Shown here: piece after piece, positions 10,626 through 20,069 of the stretch
Numbering within the stretch: position 1 is the first letter of the stretch
How the letters are laid out: the number at the start of each line of letters is the position of its first letter
Assembly: GCA_965228855.1 (NCBI GenBank)
Contig: CBDDIJ010000003.1
Span: 3,200,001-3,264,000 of the forward strand
Direction: 5' to 3'
Length of the DNA: 64,000 nt
From: Candidatus Obscuribacterales bacterium
Lineage (GTDB): Bacteria > Cyanobacteriota > Vampirovibrionia > Obscuribacterales > Obscuribacteraceae
Notes under the pieces: generated by a model
The model's database searches: none
Seen by the model: only the letters and a program-made list of their open reading frames with translations
What the model was told of the DNA's origin: nothing
Made by a program: the position numbers and the translations under genes

Positions 10626-11225
10626 ATGGCGAAATTTACACTTAATAAAAACCGAAACACCCCGCTCTGCTTATCGTTAGCAGCAGTCGGTTTAGTTACT
10701 GGTGCGGTCCTGATGACAATACAACCGGCATCAGCTCAGGGGTTGAAACACTTTTACATGGCTCGTCAGCAAGTGCAAATCACTGACGATGCGCCGCTAG
10801 TCAATGATCAGCGCACGTTTCCACAGGGTGGGCAGCCAGGACAGGGCATGGGGGCGCTCCCGGCGCGCCCAATGGCACTCCCACGTGCCGGTTTTCAAAG
10901 CTACTCCAGCCAGATGCAGAGCGGTCCAACCACCAGCCTGCCTCAGGTCGTCAACGGCGTGCCGCCCAAAGATCCGGGTCCACTGCCTGTGAAGAAGGGC
11001 AAAAGCGCCAAAACCGGACAGCTGAAGGTGAAGGCGGACAGCAAGAAGCCGGTCAGCACTGCGGCGACGAAACCGCCTGTGACGGCAGCGAAGGCATATT
11101 CGCCCTATAAAGGATACAATCCGGGCGCGGCGGCTCAAGCTCCGCAGCAAACCGCCGGCGCGTCGAACATGCAATCGAAGACCAAAGTGCGCGGCAGCGT
11201 GCTGCACTGGGCGCGAGGACATTGA
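10626..11225 (+). CDS. Hypothetical secreted Pro/Gln/Lys-rich protein
   Basis: 199-aa ORF with signal peptide ending ASA. Confidence 0.7.
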   Translation: MAKFTLNKNRNTPLCLSLAAVGLVTGAVLMTIQPASAQGLKHFYMARQQVQITDDAPLVNDQRTFPQGGQPGQGMGALPARPMALPRAGFQSYSSQMQSGPTTSLPQVVNGVPPKDPGPLPVKKGKSAKTGQLKVKADSKKPVSTAATKPPVTAAKAYSPYKGYNPGAAAQAPQQTAGASNMQSKTKVRGSVLHWARGH

Positions 11226-11333
11226 CAAGGCATCGTTGATTATCACGATGTTTCAAAGTCTTTGCACTCACCGAAAGACAGCTTGCTGACTGTGGTAAGA
11301 TTCTAGAGCAATGGGACAGCACGTCCCCCATAT

Positions 11334-11407
11334 CTGCCCGTAGCCCAGTTGGATAGAGCGCATGGCTACGAACCATGAGGTCGGAAGTTCGAGTCTTCCC
11401 GGGCAGG
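11334..11407 (+). tRNA. tRNA-Arg(ACG), CCA not encoded; integration target
   Basis: Cloverleaf: CTGCCCG/CGGGCAG acceptor stem, D arm, CATGG-CTACGAA-CCATG anticodon arm, GGAAG-TTCGAGT-CTTCC T arm. Confidence 0.97.
11366..11407 (+). repeat. attL (3' half of tRNA-Arg)
   Basis: CTACGAACCATGAGGTCGGAAGTTCGAGTCTTCCCGGGCAGG; 38/42 identical to 30161-30202. Confidence 0.93.
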
Positions 11408-11523
11408 CTCTTTTTAGACAATTGAGTGTATCGCAAGTTAGCAACGAGTTAGCAGCACGTGAAAGCAACATCGTTGTGTGTCACCACGGGCGATATCACC
11501 GACACTGGGAGCAGATTCATTGA

Positions 11524-12549
11524 ATGTTAGAAGAAGGCATTGGGCGAACGACAGAGATTGATGCGCACGGTCATGTTACGCCAAGACACACGCTCGAAAA
11601 GATGGCGTCTGCCGTAAACGCTCCTGAAGGTGCGCAGGTCAATCTAATCAATCATGATTGGAGCATACCGCCAATCGGTAAGGTTATCAGGGCTGCGGTA
11701 CGGCCTCTGGACGACGGCTCCGAAGATTTCGCATTGCACCTTACCTTTGAGCGGTTTGAGGGACGCAATACGATTCAACTTCCAAGTGGAACGTCACTTG
11801 TTGTTCAAGGAAGCGAGAATGATGTTCGTCCATTTAGTTTTACGCAGCGGGACTATCAGCAAAATCTTGTAAGCCTGGTACTGGAGGCAAGAAACTTTCC
11901 CACAGTGCAAGAGTTGAAGTCTTTTAAGCAGGAGATTGACACCTCACCAATTTCTTGCCAGCTCGTCATTCAGCATGAGAAAGATCTACTAGTAACACCA
12001 AGTCTGCTGTTCCTACTCGGATACGGTTTCTTGGGCTGGTATGGGCTAAAAGTCAGCTCGAAGGTTGTAGACAAAATCGCCGATAAGCACGCAGAAAAAA
12101 TAATTGAAAACACCAATCAACTTATTCAGTTGTCGAAGCAGGCGGTAATCAGTTTCAAAAAACATCGAGGTGAGGCGGCAAGTACGCCCATGTTCCGGCA
12201 CCAGATTCAAGGTGACCCGATTGTAGAATTGGTCTACAGAGGAGAAGATGAACATTGGGCAAAATTAGGATTCTCGCAAGAAGCGCTTGAAGCAGCATTT
12301 GATCAAGCTCGCGAACTCAAGGAGCATGCTAACGCTGCCTACGTTCAATTTGTGTTTGACGATAAATGCCTGTGGAAGTTAAATTGGGCCGCTACAGACA
12401 AGGGTGAGATCGTCGCTAGCGAATACGCCCTCTCCATGAGAGACAGTTTGCTTCGAGAGATTGAAGAAGAGTGTAGATCTGAAGGAAGGACTGTGGGTCT
12501 ATCACCAGCCTACGTACCAACGGAAATAGAACTGCGTGAGAAATCTTAG
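11524..12549 (+). CDS. Hypothetical membrane protein with prohead-protease-like N- and C-terminal motifs
   Basis: N-terminal TTEIDAHG...LINHDWSIPPIGKV, central hydrophobic helix LLFLLGYGFLGWYGL, C-terminal EGRTVGLSPAY. Confidence 0.6.
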   Translation: MLEEGIGRTTEIDAHGHVTPRHTLEKMASAVNAPEGAQVNLINHDWSIPPIGKVIRAAVRPLDDGSEDFALHLTFERFEGRNTIQLPSGTSLVVQGSENDVRPFSFTQRDYQQNLVSLVLEARNFPTVQELKSFKQEIDTSPISCQLVIQHEKDLLVTPSLLFLLGYGFLGWYGLKVSSKVVDKIADKHAEKIIENTNQLIQLSKQAVISFKKHRGEAASTPMFRHQIQGDPIVELVYRGEDEHWAKLGFSQEALEAAFDQARELKEHANAAYVQFVFDDKCLWKLNWAATDKGEIVASEYALSMRDSLLREIEEECRSEGRTVGLSPAYVPTEIELREKS

Positions 12550-12717
12550 CGCTCCTCGCCAGGGTTTCTAGAAAACATACTTTTCCATTTAGCAAGCCCG
12601 ATGCCATCACGGGTGATACCGATTTCGAGACAGGCAGACCTATCGATATCACAAGAGCTTAAGACCTCCTTCCCTGTGCGCTATAATAGGCGCGCTAGTT
12701 CACAAGTGGTTGTTGAA

Positions 12718-13122
12718 ATGAATCATTGGTTGCTTTGTCTTCCGCGCGCAGACATGGAACACTGTATCAAGATCGGTACTTTCGGTCTCAATAGGAAATA
12801 CATGTTAGGACAAGTCCGCGTTGATGACGACATTGCGTGCTGTGCCGGAAAAGGCGAATGGATGATAGTCGGCATTGGCAAAGCGTCTAGCGAGTATTTT
12901 ATAGATGATCGGAAAAAGTTTCTGGGCAACGGCCTGTTCCCCGACCGATTCGAATTTAGAGCGAAGCAACTAGCAAGCTCTAACGAGGTTTCCTTAATTG
13001 AAATTCTTGACAAGCTTTCCTTTGTTAGTAACATCGCACACTGGTCTGTGTACTTCAGGAACGGTATCGTCAAGATCTCCGATCATGACTGGGATCTGAT
13101 AGCGTCATTGGTCCGGAAGTGA
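12718..13122 (+). CDS. EVE (PUA-like) domain protein
   Basis: MNHWLL...CIKIGTFG...MIVGIGKASSEYFID...FPDRFEF...LSFV...W...FRNGIVKISDHDWDLI pattern; ATG 12718 preferred over 12601. Confidence 0.8.
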   Translation: MNHWLLCLPRADMEHCIKIGTFGLNRKYMLGQVRVDDDIACCAGKGEWMIVGIGKASSEYFIDDRKKFLGNGLFPDRFEFRAKQLASSNEVSLIEILDKLSFVSNIAHWSVYFRNGIVKISDHDWDLIASLVRK

Positions 13123-13361
13123 CATCTCAATATCGATTGTCCGATATTGATTTCTTCGTCCGAGAATATGTTGCAAACGCGTTGATAATAAATCACGCCA
13201 CCATAAGTGGTGTTATTTTGTTTGAAAAATAGATCGTACAAAGAGAGGTTTCCATCGGCATCTTCGGGGATGGATGGTTTTCCGATGCGAGAGTACAAGG
13301 TATCCATTTGGATTGAGTTGTTGTATACACATTATTCGGGAACAAAGCACAGTGACAACAA

Positions 13362-16300
13362 ATGAGGCGCGCGACAGTGAGTCCGCCTAAGAAAAAGAAT
13401 CCCAAGAAACCATCCAATAAAAATGCTGAAAGCTCGAAACAGCGCGGAACATCTTCTGCTGCACGAAGGGGCCTTGTTGCCGAGACTGGAATTAAGTACC
13501 CTCCCATAGCGATCGAAATATCTAGCCTCAGTTCGTCTGCCAAGAAGAAGTTTGCCAAGTCACTCGAAAAATACCTGGACAATCTGGAGCGGCTTGTTAG
13601 TGAGAGTAGTCGCTCACATCGTTTCGCGATGTTCTTTCAAGAGATCTTCGGAGTTGAAACTGAGCTAATCGCAAAGTACACGACTGGAATAGAGAAGAGC
13701 CTTCGAGTAAAAAACGATGATCAAATATTGAGAGGTCGTGCAGACAATCTATTCGGCAACTTAATCATTGAGTTTGAATCCAAGATACCAGACAAGCTGA
13801 ATGAAGCAATAGAGCAGCTAAGAAGATACGTAGCGATTATTTGGTCCACCGAGCAGTTGAATGAGAGAACACCTTTTCTTGCGCTCGCCACTGATGGTGC
13901 TCGATTCTATATGTACTCCGCGACGGCTGATCAAACCAAGGCGTTTTTGAGTCCAGATGACGTTGAGCTTACCGAAGTAGACTACGTAGATTGGACTTCG
14001 CTCAATGCCGATGATGTATGGATGTGGGTTGACCGCTACTTCTGGCGAGAAGAGCCGATGATCCCGCAGACCAACACAATAGTTCGCGACTTCGGGATCG
14101 GAAGCCATGCGTTCAAAACCATCACGAATGTTTTGATGAGCCGATGGCAAAGCTGCAAATCAAAAAGCTCTTTTGATGTCGTTTATGATAGTTGGGAGAA
14201 GTATCTTAGGATCGTGTATGGCGAAACGGTCGGAGCCGATGAGCTGTTTATAAGGCATACATACCTAGCCACTTTTGCAAAGCTGCTCTCGTGGGTTCAT
14301 ATCAGCGAGAGCACGCACTCCCCTTCACTTGAAGAAATAAATGAAGTAATTAGTGGCGACTACTTCAAGAAACAAGGAATCGAAAATTTCATTGAGGAGG
14401 ATTTCTTCTCCTGGATCGTTAGAAGTGAAGCCTTATCTGACGGTATTAAGATCTGCAAGTGGTTGCTCAGCATTCTTCGAAAGTACGACTTGAGTCGACT
14501 CTCAGAGGATGTTCTCAAGTCGCTTTACCAAGAACTTGTCGATCCGCAAGCAAGGCGCTACCTCGGTGAATTCTACACACCAGATTGGCTGGCTGACAAA
14601 ATCGTATCTGGAGCATTGCAAAAGAAGCCGGAAGCAACAGTTTTGGATCCGACGTGCGGCTCTGGGTCCTTCCTCTATCTGGCGGTGAGACGCAAACGAG
14701 AACTTTTGGGAGAATCACAAGATACACTCGCCCATGTATTTTCGAGCGTTTGCGGAATTGATATCCACCCACTGGCAGTAATCATTGCGAAAACAAACTT
14801 CATTTTGGCGCTTGGCGGTCTCCTCGCTAAAAGAAAACAATCGGTCACTATTCCTGTCTATTTGAGCGACTCAATTCGCCTTCCAGAGAAGGGGCAGATG
14901 TCCGTTTTCTTGCAAGTCCCCGGATTCAAAGTCACCTTAGAGGGAACCGAAGTCTTCTTGCCAGAAGAGTTCGTTGAGGACTACAACCTTTACGATCAGA
15001 CAATCGAACTGGCGCGAGAGTATGCCAGGCAGCACGAGAAAAAGCCCATTGACGTAACCTCGTTCAAAAGTTTTCTCGAAGTTTCAAAATACCCAAAACT
15101 AAGTGATGACCAACTTGTCCGATCCGCGTTTGAAATTGCGAAGGTACTCAAAGACTTCATCGACAACGAGCGAGACTCAATTTGGTCGTATGTACTCAAA
15201 AACATCTACAAGCCGCTCTTCCTGAAAAACAAATTCGACTACATTCTAGGAAATCCACCATGGCTACCCTATCGGCTTATGGAGAGCCAGTATCAAAAAT
15301 CCCTCAAAGAGCAAATCGTCAGGCAGTACAAACTATACTGCGGCAAGGCAGAGATGATGACCGCTATGGAAGTCGCAACCCTGTTTTTGCTACGTGCAGC
15401 AGATCTCTATCTTAAGAAGGGCGGCGAGATTACTTTTGTTCTCCCCCGCTCAATTTTCTCTGCCGAACAACACGATAGCTTACGGAGGAAATCCTTCAAG
15501 CTCTTCGAGAACACAGATCAAACCGTTGATTGGTGCGAAATTTGGGATTTGAAAGACGTCAAACCAATTTTCAGATTTCCCTGCTGTGTGCTTCGTGCAG
15601 AGAAAATCGATTCCGATCCAAACCGCAAGCACACGCCGACACCAACACTCACATTCAGCGGGCGACTTCCAAACCGAAATTTGAAACTCTCTGATGCACA
15701 AATTCACTTGAGCCACCGAAGCGAACAATTGCAAACGCAATTGATCGGAAAACGCTCTTTCTGGGACACCAATACCACCACCGTTACAAATTTAGGGCGA
15801 AGCGCGTATTTTGACAAATTCGCAGAGGGAGCGACTATCGTTCCTCGGTGCTGCTGGTTTGTGACCATTGGCGCCACCAAGCTTGGTATCAATTTGAAGT
15901 GTCCAGCAATAGCGAGTGAGCCCCATGCGATGGCGACTGCAAAGGACGCATACAAAGGTGTTAGTATCAAGGGCACCGTAGAGAATCAGTTCCTGTACGG
16001 CACGATGACTGGTTCGGAAGTTATTCCTTTCGGCTCAACAGGAATGAGAGTCGTGCTCCTACCCCTACTACGAAAGAATGGAATTAGTAAGATTTTTGAA
16101 AGTGCTGATGCCAGATCATCAGGATTTCTCCACTTATCAAAATGGTTGCTTCAGGTTGAGAAAGTCTGGAGCGAACGACGTGGTGCAAAGGCCGGGAAGA
16201 TGACCATTTACAAGCGCATAAACCACAACAATGGTTTAACGCGTCAAAAGACAGACGCTCAATATAGAGTGGTATACAACGGCGCCGGTAAAAACATTTC

Positions 16301-16739
16301 TTGTGCAGTCATTGAAAAACAGAAGGACATGAGTACAAACATCAATGGCCAAGACATATCGTTGTCGGGGTTCATCGCGGACTGCAAACTAATTTATTTT
16401 GAAACGGATAATGCAAACGAAGCGTTCTACCTGGCAGCATTTTTAAACTCGTCAGAGGTCAACAAGCTGATTAAGCCGATTCAAAGCCATGGGGAACACA
16501 ATCCGCGAGACATTCACAAAAAGCCGTTTGAATTGCCAATACCAAAATTCGATCCCAAAGATCAAACCCACATTCGTCTTGCCAAGCTGTCGCGAGCAGC
16601 CACCGACAAGATTCGAAAGTGGTCCAAGTCAACGAATCTGTCAACGCAATCAATAGCGAAAACTCGTGCCCAGGCTAGGAGTCTAATTACTTCGGAACTC
16701 GAAGAGATCGACAGTATTGTGAAACCACTACTAAGCTGA
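13362..16739 (+). CDS. Type IIG-like fused restriction endonuclease / N6-adenine methyltransferase / TRD
   Basis: 1125 aa; N-terminal GRADNL...IIEFE...QL..Y...ATDG nuclease region; GEFYTP, DPTCGSGSF (motif I), GNPPW (motif IV); C-terminal TRD-like region (YLAAFLNS...LPIPKFD). Confidence 0.9.
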   Translation: MRRATVSPPKKKNPKKPSNKNAESSKQRGTSSAARRGLVAETGIKYPPIAIEISSLSSSAKKKFAKSLEKYLDNLERLVSESSRSHRFAMFFQEIFGVETELIAKYTTGIEKSLRVKNDDQILRGRADNLFGNLIIEFESKIPDKLNEAIEQLRRYVAIIWSTEQLNERTPFLALATDGARFYMYSATADQTKAFLSPDDVELTEVDYVDWTSLNADDVWMWVDRYFWREEPMIPQTNTIVRDFGIGSHAFKTITNVLMSRWQSCKSKSSFDVVYDSWEKYLRIVYGETVGADELFIRHTYLATFAKLLSWVHISESTHSPSLEEINEVISGDYFKKQGIENFIEEDFFSWIVRSEALSDGIKICKWLLSILRKYDLSRLSEDVLKSLYQELVDPQARRYLGEFYTPDWLADKIVSGALQKKPEATVLDPTCGSGSFLYLAVRRKRELLGESQDTLAHVFSSVCGIDIHPLAVIIAKTNFILALGGLLAKRKQSVTIPVYLSDSIRLPEKGQMSVFLQVPGFKVTLEGTEVFLPEEFVEDYNLYDQTIELAREYARQHEKKPIDVTSFKSFLEVSKYPKLSDDQLVRSAFEIAKVLKDFIDNERDSIWSYVLKNIYKPLFLKNKFDYILGNPPWLPYRLMESQYQKSLKEQIVRQYKLYCGKAEMMTAMEVATLFLLRAADLYLKKGGEITFVLPRSIFSAEQHDSLRRKSFKLFENTDQTVDWCEIWDLKDVKPIFRFPCCVLRAEKIDSDPNRKHTPTPTLTFSGRLPNRNLKLSDAQIHLSHRSEQLQTQLIGKRSFWDTNTTTVTNLGRSAYFDKFAEGATIVPRCCWFVTIGATKLGINLKCPAIASEPHAMATAKDAYKGVSIKGTVENQFLYGTMTGSEVIPFGSTGMRVVLLPLLRKNGISKIFESADARSSGFLHLSKWLLQVEKVWSERRGAKAGKMTIYKRINHNNGLTRQKTDAQYRVVYNGAGKNISCAVIEKQKDMSTNINGQDISLSGFIADCKLIYFETDNANEAFYLAAFLNSSEVNKLIKPIQSHGEHNPRDIHKKPFELPIPKFDPKDQTHIRLAKLSRAATDKIRKWSKSTNLSTQSIAKTRAQARSLITSELEEIDSIVKPLLS

Positions 16740-16798
16740 ATCACCAAGGGCATCCTGCCAGTTCCGCGAAAAATTATCGAAGAATGCGCACCGCGCAA

Positions 16799-18052
16799 TC
16801 ATTTAACCTGACCGTGATCAAATACAGGCAATGGCTGACCCATGTACACGCTCAGATCCATTATGATCTCGCTCACGCCCGGTGGTAGTTTGTCATACTT
16901 GTCGCGTGTCAAATCGCCAAGAATCATTTTGTCGCTGATGCTTGAACCGCTTGATTGAATCAATTCAGCCTCGCTAGCTTTTCCAGTTCGGTCGATTTGG
17001 AACCGAACCTTGAAAGTCTCTCGATTCTTCGTCGCAAGTCCACCGAATCGAATATTTCGATGCATCGTCTTACTGAGCCACTGGCTCAAATCTGTCTTGA
17101 TGAGCCCGGGTCTGTCAGGCTGAAATAGAGCCCCTTCCCGTAATGGCGAATTGAGACCTGGTCTCAGTCCCACCAGCTCAATCACTCCGTCAGACGGATT
17201 GTAGGACGAATCCTGAAACGCCATGTCACACTTCACAAGGTATGAAAGCTCTGACGCACAAATGCGCTTCATCGCTTCCTCTCCGACTGAGGCCGCCGTT
17301 TTGTCTTTGCCATGGCGCATCATCTGAATGTTGAACAGGGCATCGTCTGTATCAAGACTGAATCGGCAACCAAGCAGCAAGCAACCCAATGACCGCTCTT
17401 TATCTCCTTCCTTGGCCAATAGAAAACCGAGTTCATGCCATAGCCGCGACCACCGCGGATCAAGCTGTACGGCTTCAATGAAATGCGCGCGAGCAGCAGA
17501 GAACTGTTCCAAGGCAACCTCAGTTTCAGCAAGATAGCCGAGCGGATAAGACCATTTCGGATACATCGCATGGGCCATCTGAAAACCCGCAGCGGCTTCG
17601 TTCAACAACAACTCCCTCCGGGCCCCGGAACTCTTCTGTCCGGTTGCGAGAGTGTTGATTGATTTCGCATACATGCGAGAAGTGTCCAGATCAATCCGGC
17701 TTTGCGGTCTCCTAATGAACGCGGCTTCAATTGCGTCATCAGTTTGCTTTTGACGTTCCACATCGTTGAACAATGAACTCCCGTTCCATAACAGCGAAGC
17801 ACGAATGATACGATCCACCGCTGGCGGCACATTGCTTTTCCTCAATATGATTGGTTCGTGAGGTTTGGGAGGCGGATATAATGGAGACGTCTCGTTTGCT
17901 GCTGCGGCATTTGCAGGGAAGGATATGGCTATAAGACAAGCGACAATTTGCTGAACAATTTTAGTGCCAGGTCCGTTCATTCTGCGCATTTCCAGTATTC
18001 CCTGTAAATAGTGATTCTTGAAATTCTTCATGTGCGATAGGTTGCACTGCAC
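16799..18052 (-). CDS. Secreted TPR protein with C-terminal TonB-C-like domain
   Basis: TPR-like helices; VRFQIDRTG...SSGSSISD motif; start uncertain. Confidence 0.7.
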   Translation of the reverse strand: MQCNLSHMKNFKNHYLQGILEMRRMNGPGTKIVQQIVACLIAISFPANAAAANETSPLYPPPKPHEPIILRKSNVPPAVDRIIRASLLWNGSSLFNDVERQKQTDDAIEAAFIRRPQSRIDLDTSRMYAKSINTLATGQKSSGARRELLLNEAAAGFQMAHAMYPKWSYPLGYLAETEVALEQFSAARAHFIEAVQLDPRWSRLWHELGFLLAKEGDKERSLGCLLLGCRFSLDTDDALFNIQMMRHGKDKTAASVGEEAMKRICASELSYLVKCDMAFQDSSYNPSDGVIELVGLRPGLNSPLREGALFQPDRPGLIKTDLSQWLSKTMHRNIRFGGLATKNRETFKVRFQIDRTGKASEAELIQSSGSSISDKMILGDLTRDKYDKLPPGVSEIIMDLSVYMGQPLPVFDHGQVK

Positions 18053-18205
18053 TTCGAACTTCCCTTGCTCTCCGAAAATGGGATACAGACGCCATCAACA
18101 TTTCCAAAATTTTGTTCCCGTCGAGAATTCCTCTCTCACATTTCGGCAATGGCGGGCACCATATTTGATATCACCTTGCTCACGATGAAAGGTAAATATC
18201 CCTTG

Positions 18206-18712
18206 CTACTTAGTTCGGCGCCTATTCCCCAGAGCCTGACTTTGTCTCACTTCTCGCAACATTGCCAGGTCGCTCTCGTCGGGCTCCAAAATACAGATCT
18301 CAACATTCCACATATTGATCGCGGCGTGCTTGACCCAAACTTTCATCCCCTTTTCCGCAGCAAGCAAAATAACTAAAGTCGCATCGTGCCATGCTTCCGA
18401 ATGATGCTTCAGCGTTACCAACTTCAGAATGTCGCACGCGATCTTGTTTGGTTGAGCACCACGTAGACCATCAATCCCAGCATAGACCTCCACAAGAATC
18501 TTGGGGTCATGCGAGATTCCATCGACCTCCACGCGAACCTTATCAACATCGCTGATCAGAATAGACTGCGTGCGGAAGCCTTTGCCATTGCGTTCAAAGC
18601 AAACGCCCCTCAACTGCTCGAACCTATCGAGAAGCCTTTCGGCAATTATGCCTTGAAGAGAGGAGTCGCTAAGATCGGGCATCGCATCACACAATAGCAA
18701 CTGCACGGACAC
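18206..18712 (-). CDS. Putative PD-(D/E)xK-fold nuclease
   Basis: E...VEVDG...LVEVYA...KIACDILKL resembles a restriction-endonuclease-like core. Confidence 0.6.
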   Translation of the reverse strand: MSVQLLLCDAMPDLSDSSLQGIIAERLLDRFEQLRGVCFERNGKGFRTQSILISDVDKVRVEVDGISHDPKILVEVYAGIDGLRGAQPNKIACDILKLVTLKHHSEAWHDATLVILLAAEKGMKVWVKHAAINMWNVEICILEPDESDLAMLREVRQSQALGNRRRTK

Positions 18713-18747
18713 GCAAAACGTTCCATGGAGATGTTCGGATTATACGA

Positions 18748-18823
18748 AAGTAATTACTTCCGGACTGATTGGCATCCATATACCACGCCGCCGGAAGTTA
18801 TTACTTCTGGAAAGTTATAACTT
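18748..18823. promoter_or_regulatory. Three palindromic operator-like boxes AAGTWATWACTT
   Basis: AAGTAATTACTT 18748-18759, AAGTTATTACTT 18795-18806, AAGTTATAACTT 18812-18823, between divergent nuclease and XRE genes. Confidence 0.7.
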
Positions 18824-18842
18824 CCAGATATTTAATGTCTAG

Positions 18843-19067
18843 GTGCCTAAACCTCAAGACCCCGTTAATACCTTTGGTCAGATTCTTCGTCAGCTCCGAG
18901 AAGAAAATGACTGGACGCAAGAAGACTTAGCAGCTGAGCTAAGCGTTGACCGCGCCTACGTTTCGCAACTGGAGAGAGGTCTTCAAAATCCGAGTTTGCG
19001 GGTAATGGTAAAAATCGCAAAGGTGCTTTCGGTGGATATAACGTTCGCAGGCATCGCGCTGAAGTAG
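18843..19067 (+). CDS. XRE-family HTH regulator (R-M controller-like)
   Basis: FGQILRQLR...WTQEDLA...YVSQLERG..NPSL. Confidence 0.9.
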   Translation: MPKPQDPVNTFGQILRQLREENDWTQEDLAAELSVDRAYVSQLERGLQNPSLRVMVKIAKVLSVDITFAGIALK

Positions 19068-19084
19068 CTTTGCGAAGACTATTC

Positions 19085-19912
19085 TCAAAACACGTTTTTG
19101 TCGCGAAGCTTGCCGGTGCTGTGATTGCACATTAGGTCCAGAGTGCCCGTTTGCCCGTCCCTGTTCCTGGCGATGATCAGTTCAACTTCCCCTCTCACAA
19201 GACTTTCAGGGTTGTAGAACTCATCTGAATAGATAAATCCGACAACATTTGCCACGCCCGCTTCTCGCAGATCGAGCAGTCTTGGTCGTTTGTCATTGCG
19301 TTCTTCCAGATCGCTCGCTACATGACAGGCGGCCACCACAGCGACATTGAGTTCAACGGCAACACTCTTAAGTTCTTCCAGATGCAATGAAACAGACTTT
19401 TCACCATCGGACATATGCGCGACAGGATCGACGAACACCAGCTTCACTTCGGTTCCTTCTTGAATTAGTTTCTTACACTCCTCGGAGATTGCGCTGGCGC
19501 CAATGAATGTAGAGTCATGAACATGAATCGGTGAGTTGCCGAGTTCCGAAAATGCAGTGTCCAATTTGAACCAGTCCGTGTCGTAGAGATAGCCTGTCCG
19601 AATTCGATTTGAGTCGACTTCCGCGAGGGTTCCCGCCATTCGCTGCACAATTTGCTCACGCGATACATCCAAGGAAAACCAAGCGATTGGGATTCTCTGG
19701 CCGACTCCGATGTTCAGCGCGAAATTCAAGCACAGTCTCGTCGTGCCCACACCAGGTCTGGCTGCTACGATCAGCAGCTCGCCTGCCTGCAATCCACCTG
19801 TGAGGCAGTCATAGTCAACAAAACCAGTAGAGAGCCCGGTCAGGCTCTTGCATTCAAAACGCCGTCGAATTTGAGCATACGAACTGGTAACTATGTCTTT
19901 CGAATGCAACAT
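19085..19912 (-). CDS. DnaB helicase C-terminal-domain homologue with degenerate catalytic motifs
   Basis: TGF..D..TGGLQAGELLIVAARPGVGTT, FSLDV, ERNDKRPRLLDLRE, ELIIARNRDGQTG; no N-terminal domain. Confidence 0.85.
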   Translation of the reverse strand: MLHSKDIVTSSYAQIRRRFECKSLTGLSTGFVDYDCLTGGLQAGELLIVAARPGVGTTRLCLNFALNIGVGQRIPIAWFSLDVSREQIVQRMAGTLAEVDSNRIRTGYLYDTDWFKLDTAFSELGNSPIHVHDSTFIGASAISEECKKLIQEGTEVKLVFVDPVAHMSDGEKSVSLHLEELKSVAVELNVAVVAACHVASDLEERNDKRPRLLDLREAGVANVVGFIYSDEFYNPESLVRGEVELIIARNRDGQTGTLDLMCNHSTGKLRDKNVF

Positions 19913-20069
19913 ATCGTTCCCCTATATACCGATCATTTCGACAGCGGTCACCACATATGGTGCTTCTTCGGAATAATGCGCAAACGAAAAGCATAACAGA
20001 CGTGGTCTGGCGAGCACAATTACTCCTGATCGCTATTGACCATAACACTCCTGCAAATAGCAAATCGGT

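Noticed and set aside
19085..19912. Host replicative helicase dnaB
   Set aside because: Lacks the N-terminal domain and catalytic residues, and lies inside a mobile element.
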